In this document: piece by piece, positions 40,617 to 49,033 of the stretch
Layout of the letters: each line of letters begins with the position of its first letter
Numbering within the stretch: the first letter of the stretch is position 1
Assembly (NCBI GenBank): GCA_964361785.1
Contig: CAYIBX010000002.1
Span: 21,160 to 85,159, forward strand
Source of the DNA: an uncultured Gammaproteobacteria bacterium
GTDB taxonomy: Bacteria > Patescibacteriota > Microgenomatia > UBA10105 > UBA927
Direction of reading: 5' to 3'
DNA: 64,000 nt
The notes under the pieces: generated by a model
Database searches by the model: none
What the model was told of the DNA's origin: nothing
What the model saw: the letters and a program-made list of their open reading frames with translations, nothing else
Translations under genes and position numbers: made by a program

Positions 40617-40625
40617 ATCTGAAAA

Positions 40626-40657
40626 TCTATGAATACTTTGAAAGAAGTATTCATAGA
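40626..40657. terminator. Perfect 13-bp hairpin between convergent genes
   Basis: tctatgaatactt-tgaaag-aagtattcataga, 9 nt after the giant gene stop. AT-rich stem with no clear U tract. Confidence 0.6.
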
Positions 40658-40696
40658 GAACGCAGAAGACGATAGATGGATTTACTGGTTGAGCGA

Positions 40697-40957
40697 TTAA
40701 TACGCCTCATCATGTGAGCCGATGTCGAGAAGATAGCATGTGTCTTTATCTCGGTGAAATACTATCCGAATGGATTGATCGATAGAAATCGCATGTTCAT
40801 TTTCTCGATTGGATAGTTTGTGAAGACGAAGTTGTGGATGAAACGGAGATTCTTGTAGAAGTTCGAGTCTACGAGTGATAAGAGAATAATAATCAGGACG
40901 GCTTTTTATAAATTTACCAAGCGCGCGAATATATCTAGGTGTCGCAACAATTTTCAT
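40697..40957 (-). CDS. Type II TA toxin, RelE/YafQ-like mRNA interferase
   Basis: 86 aa; PFHPQLRLHKL...RIVF...LLDIGSHDEAY. Confidence 0.88.
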   Translation of the reverse strand: MKIVATPRYIRALGKFIKSRPDYYSLITRRLELLQESPFHPQLRLHKLSNRENEHAISIDQSIRIVFHRDKDTCYLLDIGSHDEAY

Positions 40958-40960
40958 GTG

Positions 40961-41203
40961 TCATTTTGGTTTGAATTGAGCCATGAATGTATGAATATCT
41001 TTTTTTGTACGTAATACTGTTCCTCGTCCCGCTTTATAATCTGCTTTTGCCTCAGCTACCATGCGATCGAGTTTGTGATCACGAAGAATCTGACGTAATG
41101 CAGTACGAGCTAGATCGCTAAACGACGCATAGTGCCCATCTGCAATAGCTGCATCAGCTTCTTTTTTGAGAACGTCTGGAAGAGAAATGTTTATAGTAGT
41201 CAT
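40961..41203 (-). CDS. Type II TA antitoxin, ribbon-helix-helix (CopG/ParD-like)
   Basis: MTTINISLPDVLK...GHYASFSDLARTALR. Ends 3 nt before the toxin start. Start chosen at ATG 41203. Confidence 0.85.
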   Translation of the reverse strand: MTTINISLPDVLKKEADAAIADGHYASFSDLARTALRQILRDHKLDRMVAEAKADYKAGRGTVLRTKKDIHTFMAQFKPK

Positions 41204-43436
41204 ATGTATGAATAATAGCAAAAGTCATACAAAGTGTCAAAGAGACGAAAAGAAGAAGTTTTTTAAGCATCGAAGGCTCGTAGGAAAAAACGATCTCTTG
41301 TGTGCCGGCTGATTCTAACTTTACTGCAGTGTAGAAAGGGAAAACGATAAGCGTTTCCGCGGATTTCCCATCAATCGTTGCCTTCCAAGACGGGTGATAG
41401 GTCTGGTGGAGAATGACGAGGCACTCGGAACAGCCTTCTTTAGCCTCGACAGTGGCGCGGAAGACCATATCGCTATCTTGCGACTGGGAGGTTATTTTCA
41501 TTAGGTCACCTAAGTTACCTAGGGGGCTTAGGTAAAGAGGGGGCTCAGAAAAAAGATTGTGCCGAGTACCATCAGGAATTTGATACGTCACCTCGTCTAT
41601 CATTCGAAAATTTGGGAGTCCAGTGTTTTTGGGATAGTCTTTATCAAAAGTGAGTTTTGGGTATAAGCCTTTGGTATGTGTGTCTGATTGGATCCATAGG
41701 CGGACGACGTTGGTAAAATTTTGTTTGGAGCTGGAGATGATGGCTGGACGAATGCCTGTGGAGATATACCCATACGATAGGTTACCTATGTTGCCTAGGT
41801 GACTTGGGTCGCCTACATCAACAGTGTAAAGACGCCACGTTTTTCCGGTCATCAGAGGCTTCCAGAAGGGTTGGATGTTATCTTTGGGTAAATCGATAGG
41901 TGTCACGACATATTTTATATTGTAGAGGCGATAGTGGGCAGCTACATCTTCAGAAAAATACTGTTCGGTATCTGAATTTGGAGACCACGTTTCTGGAAGC
42001 CATGTAAGCGTCGGGATGCCAAAGGTAGACATATAAAGATACATTGGTGTTTCTGCTACGCGAAAATCTTTGCCCCACCCACCACCGCGACCAAAGTAAA
42101 CACGACTGGGATTAGTTTGTAGTTTATCGTTGATGGTTGAGAGTAAGAGAGAAGTATCGGCGTCAACGTTGGTAAAATTGTCGTTGGCTTGTTTGATAAG
42201 CGTATCGTTGTAGCTGCTGTATCGCAATGTTTGGGGGTAGACCGAAAAGATAAGAGATAAGACCAACAAGACACATAGGACTGATAAGACCAATTTGTTT
42301 AGTAATGTTGTTTTTTCAAAAATCCAATCAATTCCTATTGGGATTAAGAATAGCCCTGTGATATGGAGGCCCACGATAAAACGGGAAAGATGAAACTCTT
42401 CCATGCTGGGGATAAGGTTTACCAGTCCCCCCCATGTCGTACGGCCAAAGTAGAAAAGAAGCCAGAAGACAAACAAAATGCCAAATGCAAAATGCTGAAT
42501 GCTAAATAATGCAACAAATATGCCGACGAATACGAGAAGTGTTAGAATGGGGAAGCGGCTGAAATCAAATAGGTCGCCGTTAAAAAGATTTTTAAGCACT
42601 TCCCGATAGCCGTAGGAGTCAAATTTCCATATCGGATCCCAGACTGATATGTTGTGATAGTTGCTCCCAAGAAGAATAGGGATAATCCAGTATCCCAGAA
42701 GCAGTAAGACGCCGCCGTAAATAATAGGAAGTTTTTTTAGATGTTTGAATCCGACGATAGCAATACTAAAAAACGCTATGATTCCGATTCCCAGATGTCC
42801 TGTTGTCGTGAGGGCAAGGGTGAGTATTGCAGGCTTTATTTTTCCACGAAATGCATACGCTATTGCCAAAGGCAACCAAATCATAGCAAAAAGTTGACTC
42901 GAGAGGCCATATCCACGCCACAGAAATGATGCAGGATCTAATCCATATAACCCATCTGTGGAAAGATGGGACGCGATGAGCGCGCCGATACCTGCAGAAA
43001 TCCAAGAGAGTCCGATGATACGAAGTGCAACAAAAAGAGATAAAGGGAAAAGACAAAGCAAGAGATAGATCACGTAGTGATAATATTGAAAGAGCGATCC
43101 AAAGTGAAAAATGCGCCATGATGCGACTATGGTTATTTGGGGAAGGTGTGAGTAATAGTAGGGGAGGTTATAACCTTGTGCCCAGTTGGGGACCCAGTGG
43201 TCTGTTAAGTAAGAGAGTGAACAGAAAATAGTAAATAGTGAATGTGGACAGGTTTTGTTTGCAAAGTCCCATATTTGGTTTGTCCTATAAACGAGAGCGT
43301 ATTGAAACGTATTGTCATTTGGATCTAGTTTGGCTGTGGGCTCCTGTCGATATGTCCATAGGTTAAACCCAATGGCAAAAAGAACCATAATAATGCCAAT
43401 AAGTCTCATTAGTTTTATGTGTCCAATAGGTCTCAT
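41154..43436 (-). CDS. Polytopic membrane protein, YfhO / PTPS-related GT-C-like family
   Basis: WVPNWAQGYNLPYYY near the N-terminus, many TMs, C-terminal TYHPSWKATIDG...IVFSYEP. Start moved to MRPIG to avoid overlap. Confidence 0.75.
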   Translation of the reverse strand: MRPIGHIKLMRLIGIIMVLFAIGFNLWTYRQEPTAKLDPNDNTFQYALVYRTNQIWDFANKTCPHSLFTIFCSLSYLTDHWVPNWAQGYNLPYYYSHLPQITIVASWRIFHFGSLFQYYHYVIYLLLCLFPLSLFVALRIIGLSWISAGIGALIASHLSTDGLYGLDPASFLWRGYGLSSQLFAMIWLPLAIAYAFRGKIKPAILTLALTTTGHLGIGIIAFFSIAIVGFKHLKKLPIIYGGVLLLLGYWIIPILLGSNYHNISVWDPIWKFDSYGYREVLKNLFNGDLFDFSRFPILTLLVFVGIFVALFSIQHFAFGILFVFWLLFYFGRTTWGGLVNLIPSMEEFHLSRFIVGLHITGLFLIPIGIDWIFEKTTLLNKLVLSVLCVLLVLSLIFSVYPQTLRYSSYNDTLIKQANDNFTNVDADTSLLLSTINDKLQTNPSRVYFGRGGGWGKDFRVAETPMYLYMSTFGIPTLTWLPETWSPNSDTEQYFSEDVAAHYRLYNIKYVVTPIDLPKDNIQPFWKPLMTGKTWRLYTVDVGDPSHLGNIGNLSYGYISTGIRPAIISSSKQNFTNVVRLWIQSDTHTKGLYPKLTFDKDYPKNTGLPNFRMIDEVTYQIPDGTRHNLFSEPPLYLSPLGNLGDLMKITSQSQDSDMVFRATVEAKEGCSECLVILHQTYHPSWKATIDGKSAETLIVFPFYTAVKLESAGTQEIVFSYEPSMLKKLLLFVSLTLCMTFAIIHTYDYYKHFSSRRSQKRS
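41212..41240 (-). promoter_or_regulatory. Sigma70 promoter of the TA operon (leaderless)
   Basis: TTGACA (41240-41235), 17 nt, then TG-C-TATTAT (41217-41212), 8 nt before the ATG. Confidence 0.75.
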
Positions 43437-43440
43437 ATGA

Positions 43441-45243
43441 TTATGGAAACAGTTTTGGATTGAGCCAATCCGTATGGTCATCAGTATTGCCGTCACCAGC
43501 GTCGGTCGTTTTCAGGGTAAGATTGGTTATCCCCGACACGTTGACACTCGTATGTTTCGGCAAATCAAACCGTCCCATTTTTTTTGACTGAAAAAGAAGT
43601 TTGTCATCCCCATAAATTTCAAAAATTGCCGATGCTTTGGTGCCTGATTCAGTGTCTATGCCGAAATCCGTTTCAAAGCGGGTAAAATTTTTGTTGATAT
43701 TGTATGTATATTTTGAAGGAGCATGCGAGCCCAAACCAGTGTTATAAAATGCATATTGTACGGATAATCGCGTCCAGCTATTTGGTCCTCCAAACGAGCT
43801 TTGGACCGTGCGATTAGTTTGTCTGGTGCCGTAGCTTTGTTCACTTACATACGGCGTGAGTGAGTTTAACGAAATAGGTTTTTTTGTGAATAACGGCAGG
43901 TTAAGAAAGATTAGCCCTCCTGTTATTATACTAACTGATAACAGTAAACAGTTAACCGTTAACCGTGAAGATTTGATGAGTGTGAAAAGAAAGACTCCAA
44001 AGAGCCCAAGAAGAACAAACGATGTGGTGATCGTGAAAATTGGCCCAGTAAGAAGGGACAGAAAGGGAATACCATTATTGGGATAGTTGACCACAAGCGC
44101 GGTATGTAGGTTGTAGAAATACAATACGGTAAATATTGAATAAAAGATAATAAAAAGTTTTTTATTGCGTATAAATGGTGCCCAAAGGAGGAGAAAGACA
44201 GAGAGCGGGAACGCGTAGCGGTCGTGGGATTGCGTTTGGAAAAGAAAAAAGCTCGCGTTTATGATGATGATGCCTTCAAGAAAGGTTTTTAATAGGACTA
44301 ATTTGTCTAATTTGACTGATAAGGCTAATTGGCGTATTACCGCGAATAAATAGAAACAAGAAAATAGTAGGAGCCCGACGGTTTTCGCATTCACCATACC
44401 GATGACGCTTAATTTATCTGAAGTCGCCATGCCTTTGGCCCCTGTGACGATCCACCAGAGGTTATACGCGTTTAAACTCATCCACGGGAAGTAATCGTAA
44501 TTTTCGGTAAGGGATGCAAAAATACGATCAGCATTTTTGGTAAGAATAAATTCGATGTTTAATCCGACAAAGCTTGTGAGAGCGCCGGCAATTGTTTGAA
44601 TTAAAAATTTGAAACCGCCATATTGGAACGCAAAAAGAAAAAAGAGGGGCGCATAAATCATGTTTTGCAGTTTCGTCATCATAGAAAGCATGAAGATGAG
44701 ACCTGCGACAAAGGACCAACGTTTCAGTAACGCAAGGAACGCGAGTAAGAAAATAAAAAGTCCCACACTATCCACCTGTCCCCATACAGCTCCATCGATG
44801 ATTGAAATGGGGTTTAGTAAATATCCAATACTCAATACCCAATATCCAATGGAGGGCACGGTGGGAAACCCTAGTTCTTTTGTATTCTTTCCTATATAGA
44901 GAATAATCCCTGCGATACCTATGTCAGCGAGTATGGGAAAGAGTTTGCTAATGGTAAGAAACAGAAGATTGGTATTTTTCCAGAAATCATTAAATATGTG
45001 GGGATCTTTAAAGAAGCTGTATAGTTTGACCATCGCTCCTAAGCTATACGCAAACGGCGTAGGGTAGTTATTATTCGTTGCCTTCATGCCCTCCACAATC
45101 CCTTTGTCGTATGTGGCTAGCCCCCATGATTTCCAAAACGAAATATCCGCTTCAAAGCCAGGGTTGGGGATGAGGGCTAAGCGAATGATTATCGCGAGAA
45201 CAAAGAGTAAACTGTAAATTGTTAACTGTTTCTTATCGCGCAT
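43441..45243 (-). CDS. GT-C glycosyltransferase (mannosyltransferase-like) fused to an NPCBM/NEW2 carbohydrate-binding domain
   Basis: NYP, WGQVDS and HDRY motifs; C-terminal GLGSHA...FGID...FEIYGD...DAGDGNTDDHTDW. Confidence 0.8.
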   Translation of the reverse strand: MRDKKQLTIYSLLFVLAIIIRLALIPNPGFEADISFWKSWGLATYDKGIVEGMKATNNNYPTPFAYSLGAMVKLYSFFKDPHIFNDFWKNTNLLFLTISKLFPILADIGIAGIILYIGKNTKELGFPTVPSIGYWVLSIGYLLNPISIIDGAVWGQVDSVGLFIFLLAFLALLKRWSFVAGLIFMLSMMTKLQNMIYAPLFFLFAFQYGGFKFLIQTIAGALTSFVGLNIEFILTKNADRIFASLTENYDYFPWMSLNAYNLWWIVTGAKGMATSDKLSVIGMVNAKTVGLLLFSCFYLFAVIRQLALSVKLDKLVLLKTFLEGIIIINASFFLFQTQSHDRYAFPLSVFLLLWAPFIRNKKLFIIFYSIFTVLYFYNLHTALVVNYPNNGIPFLSLLTGPIFTITTSFVLLGLFGVFLFTLIKSSRLTVNCLLLSVSIITGGLIFLNLPLFTKKPISLNSLTPYVSEQSYGTRQTNRTVQSSFGGPNSWTRLSVQYAFYNTGLGSHAPSKYTYNINKNFTRFETDFGIDTESGTKASAIFEIYGDDKLLFQSKKMGRFDLPKHTSVNVSGITNLTLKTTDAGDGNTDDHTDWLNPKLFP

Positions 45244-45284
45244 GATTCTATCATACGAAATATGGTGCGCCTCCACTAGTGTCG

Positions 45285-46079
45285 TTATGCAGGTTTTTTG
45301 GCGTATGGTGATATGCCTAAATCACGCAATTGCTTTAAGTCATGTACTCGATTGACGAGCAAATTATCAATTCCTGATAATATATGAAACGTCGAATGTA
45401 ACTGTTCGTTTGTTGGTTCTCTTATGTATGGTGATCCATCTGGATTTTTGGCAGATTCTAGAAATGACGCAAGAATTTGATCTTCTATTTGATGATTTTT
45501 TTGGCTTTTTCCTTGCCCAAAGCGATAATTGTATTTAAGTATCGTAATAGTGAGGAGTTTATCAAGAGGAATACCCAGTGCACTGGCTATTTCTTCCATG
45601 TATTGGGTGTAGGCCAAAGGCGCTAATTTATCAAGTGAGGTGAGATTTGCCAAACAATAGATGACGTCACTTATCTCGTTTATAGGTCCAATTTTGGATG
45701 GTGCGGGCAGATTGCGCTCATGGTTATCAGCATAGGTTTCAAACCAGCTGCTGATTGAGCTAAATGCTTCCGGTATTTCTCCTAATTTGGGTGAGGGATC
45801 TTTGGGTTTGGTGATGTAGCGGGTGTGTATCGGAAGGCCGTCAAAGTCTACGGCTTTGGTCACATCTTTTAGCTTGCCGCCCGTCAGAAATTGGATTTTT
45901 CCTTCCGGTGCAATTTGGGGAAGCCCATGAATTTCTCGAAGATATTTGTGTTCTAACGATAACGCATGATTTGCGAGCCAATCGAGCTTATCTTCCTTGC
46001 TTATTGAGAGGACATCGAGGTTAAACCGAAGCTGTTCGTAGGGCACGTGTACAGGTGTAATTTCAGGCATACTCATCAA
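45285..46079 (-). CDS. Hypothetical protein with MazG-like NTP pyrophosphohydrolase motif
   Basis: GEIPE...NEISDVIY...LKYNYR. Confidence 0.5.
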   Translation of the reverse strand: MMSMPEITPVHVPYEQLRFNLDVLSISKEDKLDWLANHALSLEHKYLREIHGLPQIAPEGKIQFLTGGKLKDVTKAVDFDGLPIHTRYITKPKDPSPKLGEIPEAFSSISSWFETYADNHERNLPAPSKIGPINEISDVIYCLANLTSLDKLAPLAYTQYMEEIASALGIPLDKLLTITILKYNYRFGQGKSQKNHQIEDQILASFLESAKNPDGSPYIREPTNEQLHSTFHILSGIDNLLVNRVHDLKQLRDLGISPYAKKPA

Positions 46080-46110
46080 GTATAAAGTGTAACAGATTTA
46101 CTATAGGTTT

Positions 46111-47619
46111 TCAAGGATATAATTCTACTTTGTACACTATTAAATAGTCTGTTTCTTTGACTGGCTCAAGGTATGATATCTGTTTGAGATTCGTTTGCCA
46201 AGAGTAGGCGATGATGTAGCGGATAGTATTGTTGATCAAGAATTCCTTTTGTTGTGCACTCGTCATCGTTTGATCGAAATACGCTTGCGCGTTGACATCT
46301 TTTTCTGAAGGGTGGATGGTGAGAAGTGGGTGTCCATTATAGCTTCTTTGACCCGTAAGGGCAGGAATTATGCTGTTATACGGCCAGAGTACAAGAAACG
46401 TATCAGATGGATTGCCTATGGTTGTCAGTGATGTCAAAAATTTTACGTCATCTTTTGAGAGGTACTCGTACGCATTAGCTGGGTTGAACTCAGTGGCAAG
46501 GAGGAGAGTTTGCATGTGATTAGGAAGTAAAAGAGTGGTGAGAAAGAGAGTAAGTGCAAAAAATAGAATGCGAGGAAAGCGGCGTTGTATTGCGTACAAT
46601 CCTTCTGTGGCGATACATGAAATACAGAGAATAGTAAGGGTAGACATAAAGCGAATATTGGTGAGATGAAGCATTTGCGGAATTGGCGACATAAGAAAAG
46701 TTAGAGACAAGAGAGCGAAAATGAAAATAATGAGCCGTTCATACGTGCGTTTCGAAAGAAAGATGTACAGACTAAGGAGTGCGATGATAAAGATGGGCCC
46801 CATAGCAAGGAAAAAACCTGTGATCTGTAAAGGTACTTGCTGACTTGCTTCCCAAATTTTTAATTGAGAAAAAGGAAGTGTGGAAAATATTTTATTCAGG
46901 TAGATTGCCGCAGGAAGGCCGGAGAGCATGAGAATAAGAGTGGGAAAGATTGATCGACGTTTGATAAGAGAAACGATTCCACAAGAGGCTGTGACAAGAA
47001 GCCATAAAACAGGCTGCAGGCTTGCTAATAAGAATGCAGATAGCGCCATAAGCAGCCGTTTTTTTTGTAGGAGAAGTGAGAGTGTAAAGACTGAGAGAGT
47101 ATTGAGGAGTAATTGGTGTGGTACGCCGCCAAACCTTACACGAGGAACAGAAAAATTGTTCCAGTAGTCAGCGTACGTCCAGTGATTGTCGCGAAAGATT
47201 GGAAAGGCATGATAAAGGACAAAGAGAACAAGGGAGAGGAGTGCCTTGTGTTTGTCTTTCAAAATAAGGAGAGCTAATTTGTATGCGGAAAGACACAAAA
47301 GAAAGGTCCATATGGCGATGCTTATCTGATAGGCAGGAATGGCAGGTATACTTAAGAGCCAAAAAAGGTGGCCGGTGAGCACATTTGACCAACCCACAAA
47401 GGTGTCAGGCGTTATTTCTGACGTATAAAGGTTTGTCGTGGTAAGCCATCGAGTCGCACCCTGTGTAAATTGTGATAGGTAGTAGAAGTAGTCATTGGGG
47501 TGGTGCACAGTGCCTAAAAAGACTGCATTGGCAGGAGTTTGTTGAAAGCCCATGATACTTGGAAGTATATTTTCAAGGGTTGCCACAAGAGAGATGATGA
47601 TGACAAGAAAAAGGTGCAT
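46111..47619 (-). CDS. Polytopic membrane protein, putative GT-C (paralog 1 of 3)
   Basis: HPNDYFYYLSQ..QG...LYTSE, PHQ, C-terminal IPALTGQRSYNGH. Confidence 0.7.
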   Translation of the reverse strand: MHLFLVIIISLVATLENILPSIMGFQQTPANAVFLGTVHHPNDYFYYLSQFTQGATRWLTTTNLYTSEITPDTFVGWSNVLTGHLFWLLSIPAIPAYQISIAIWTFLLCLSAYKLALLILKDKHKALLSLVLFVLYHAFPIFRDNHWTYADYWNNFSVPRVRFGGVPHQLLLNTLSVFTLSLLLQKKRLLMALSAFLLASLQPVLWLLVTASCGIVSLIKRRSIFPTLILMLSGLPAAIYLNKIFSTLPFSQLKIWEASQQVPLQITGFFLAMGPIFIIALLSLYIFLSKRTYERLIIFIFALLSLTFLMSPIPQMLHLTNIRFMSTLTILCISCIATEGLYAIQRRFPRILFFALTLFLTTLLLPNHMQTLLLATEFNPANAYEYLSKDDVKFLTSLTTIGNPSDTFLVLWPYNSIIPALTGQRSYNGHPLLTIHPSEKDVNAQAYFDQTMTSAQQKEFLINNTIRYIIAYSWQTNLKQISYLEPVKETDYLIVYKVELYP

Positions 47620-47747
47620 ACAATCACATTGTCGCACGTGAGTTTAGTCTTCACAATTATTTGAACGTATATCTGAATGGCTGCTACAAAATTTATACGC
47701 TATAGCGTAGAGATTTTGTAGCAGAAGATAGTGTCTTGAGTTCGAAA

Positions 47748-48419
47748 TTATTTCCAACTAACTGAATCAACGAGTTTATCAAATATACTCGGTTCAAAGA
47801 GTTTGCCACTGATCCAGATAATAAGATTACTATCCGTGGGCACTTCAAAAAAGACGTGGTCGTATGGAGTTTTTCCATTTTCATCAAGATACTTGGCTCG
47901 GTAGCCTTTTAGCCCCTGACTATTGGTAAAAGCTGTGACAGATGAAACGCCCGACCATCGGTAGTCTTTGTACCAGTTTTGGGCGTACTCCATGGGTTTT
48001 CCAATGTATTCTTTTTTGTTTATGGTCGTGAGATTTTCGACTCTGAAAAATAAATTTTCTTGCGGACTCGTATTGCCATAAAAGATTGTGACCCCATCAA
48101 ATGGATCATCGGTGAATACACCAAGGGAGAATGTTTTGGGATAAGAGAACGAGTAGGGAAATTGTTTGCCTTCATTGGTGGCCCACACGTCATCAGCGGG
48201 CACAGGGATAATGCGTGCTTCTAACCCTGAAAAGCGGATATCCGGCTTTCCTGCCGTAGGTGTAGGACCCAAGTATGTGCCGCCAGCCGGAAGGACAATG
48301 TTTCCTTGATTTTTCGTCGCATTTAAAAAAGAAAGAAAAACACCTGCGATAAGAATGACACTAATGATCAGGGCTGTTCCAATCGTTTTTGTATTCGGAG
48401 ATTCTTCCATATCATACAC
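47748..48419 (-). CDS. Membrane-anchored exported protein (PsbP-like fold possible)
   Basis: One N-terminal TM, PTPT linker, W.T...YSFSYP...FDKLVDSVSW pattern. Confidence 0.65.
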   Translation of the reverse strand: MYDMEESPNTKTIGTALIISVILIAGVFLSFLNATKNQGNIVLPAGGTYLGPTPTAGKPDIRFSGLEARIIPVPADDVWATNEGKQFPYSFSYPKTFSLGVFTDDPFDGVTIFYGNTSPQENLFFRVENLTTINKKEYIGKPMEYAQNWYKDYRWSGVSSVTAFTNSQGLKGYRAKYLDENGKTPYDHVFFEVPTDSNLIIWISGKLFEPSIFDKLVDSVSWK

Positions 48420-48971
48420 TTATTCTTTTGGTGCTTCCCAGAACTTTTTTCCTGCCGCGTCCCATGGTAATCGGTGCTCGTCAGGCTGAGCCTGATTAAA
48501 TTGATTGTTCACAAAGTAATACACATTTGCTTTTTTACCAGAGAAATTTGTTGCCCCATGCGCTACGCCGCGGGGGATATAAACAGCTATTGAATTGCCC
48601 CCGCCTAACGGAATTTTTTGAAGAACACCTTTTGTGAGAGAACCTTCGCGTACGTCCCAGAGACCCAACAGGAGATGTTCATCAGGAGGTACGTACCAGA
48701 TTTCGTCTTGTTTGTAATGAAGATGCCATGCTTTGACGGCTTTGTTGTATTGTTTACTTCTATTGATTTGGCGTACATGAAACCCTTTGATAAGTTCGGA
48801 TTCTCCCGATTCAGTTAATCGTAAGAGTTCAGAAAAGTCGCCATTCTCGCCGATGTAGTTGCGGATTTTTAACATTTGGACACCATTAATTGTCGGTTTT
48901 GGTGAATAATCCTGCTCGTATATGTTCTCTTTAAGATTTGTATCTATTGCATCGTTTGAGAGAATGCTCAT
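48420..48971 (-). CDS. rmlC: dTDP-4-dehydrorhamnose 3,5-epimerase family cupin
   Basis: GDFSEL, QINRS, KAWHLH..Q, DVREGS.T, YIPRGVAHG. Confidence 0.7.
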   Translation of the reverse strand: MSILSNDAIDTNLKENIYEQDYSPKPTINGVQMLKIRNYIGENGDFSELLRLTESGESELIKGFHVRQINRSKQYNKAVKAWHLHYKQDEIWYVPPDEHLLLGLWDVREGSLTKGVLQKIPLGGGNSIAVYIPRGVAHGATNFSGKKANVYYFVNNQFNQAQPDEHRLPWDAAGKKFWEAPKE

Positions 48972-49033
48972 GTAAAGCATTATCCCAATTGCGCACCTTT
49001 AAAGTCAACTCCCATACAGATAGAATGAGAACT

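Noticed and set aside
285-40353. Numerous 60-210 aa ORFs antisense to or overlapping the giant gene
   Set aside because: They are shadow ORFs with no recognisable motifs, lying over a motif-rich main frame.
210-40616. Giant ORF as an artefact of stop-codon recoding (code 25 or 4)
   Set aside because: The ORF is open under the standard code, and neighbouring genes end at TGA (e.g. 51415-51417).
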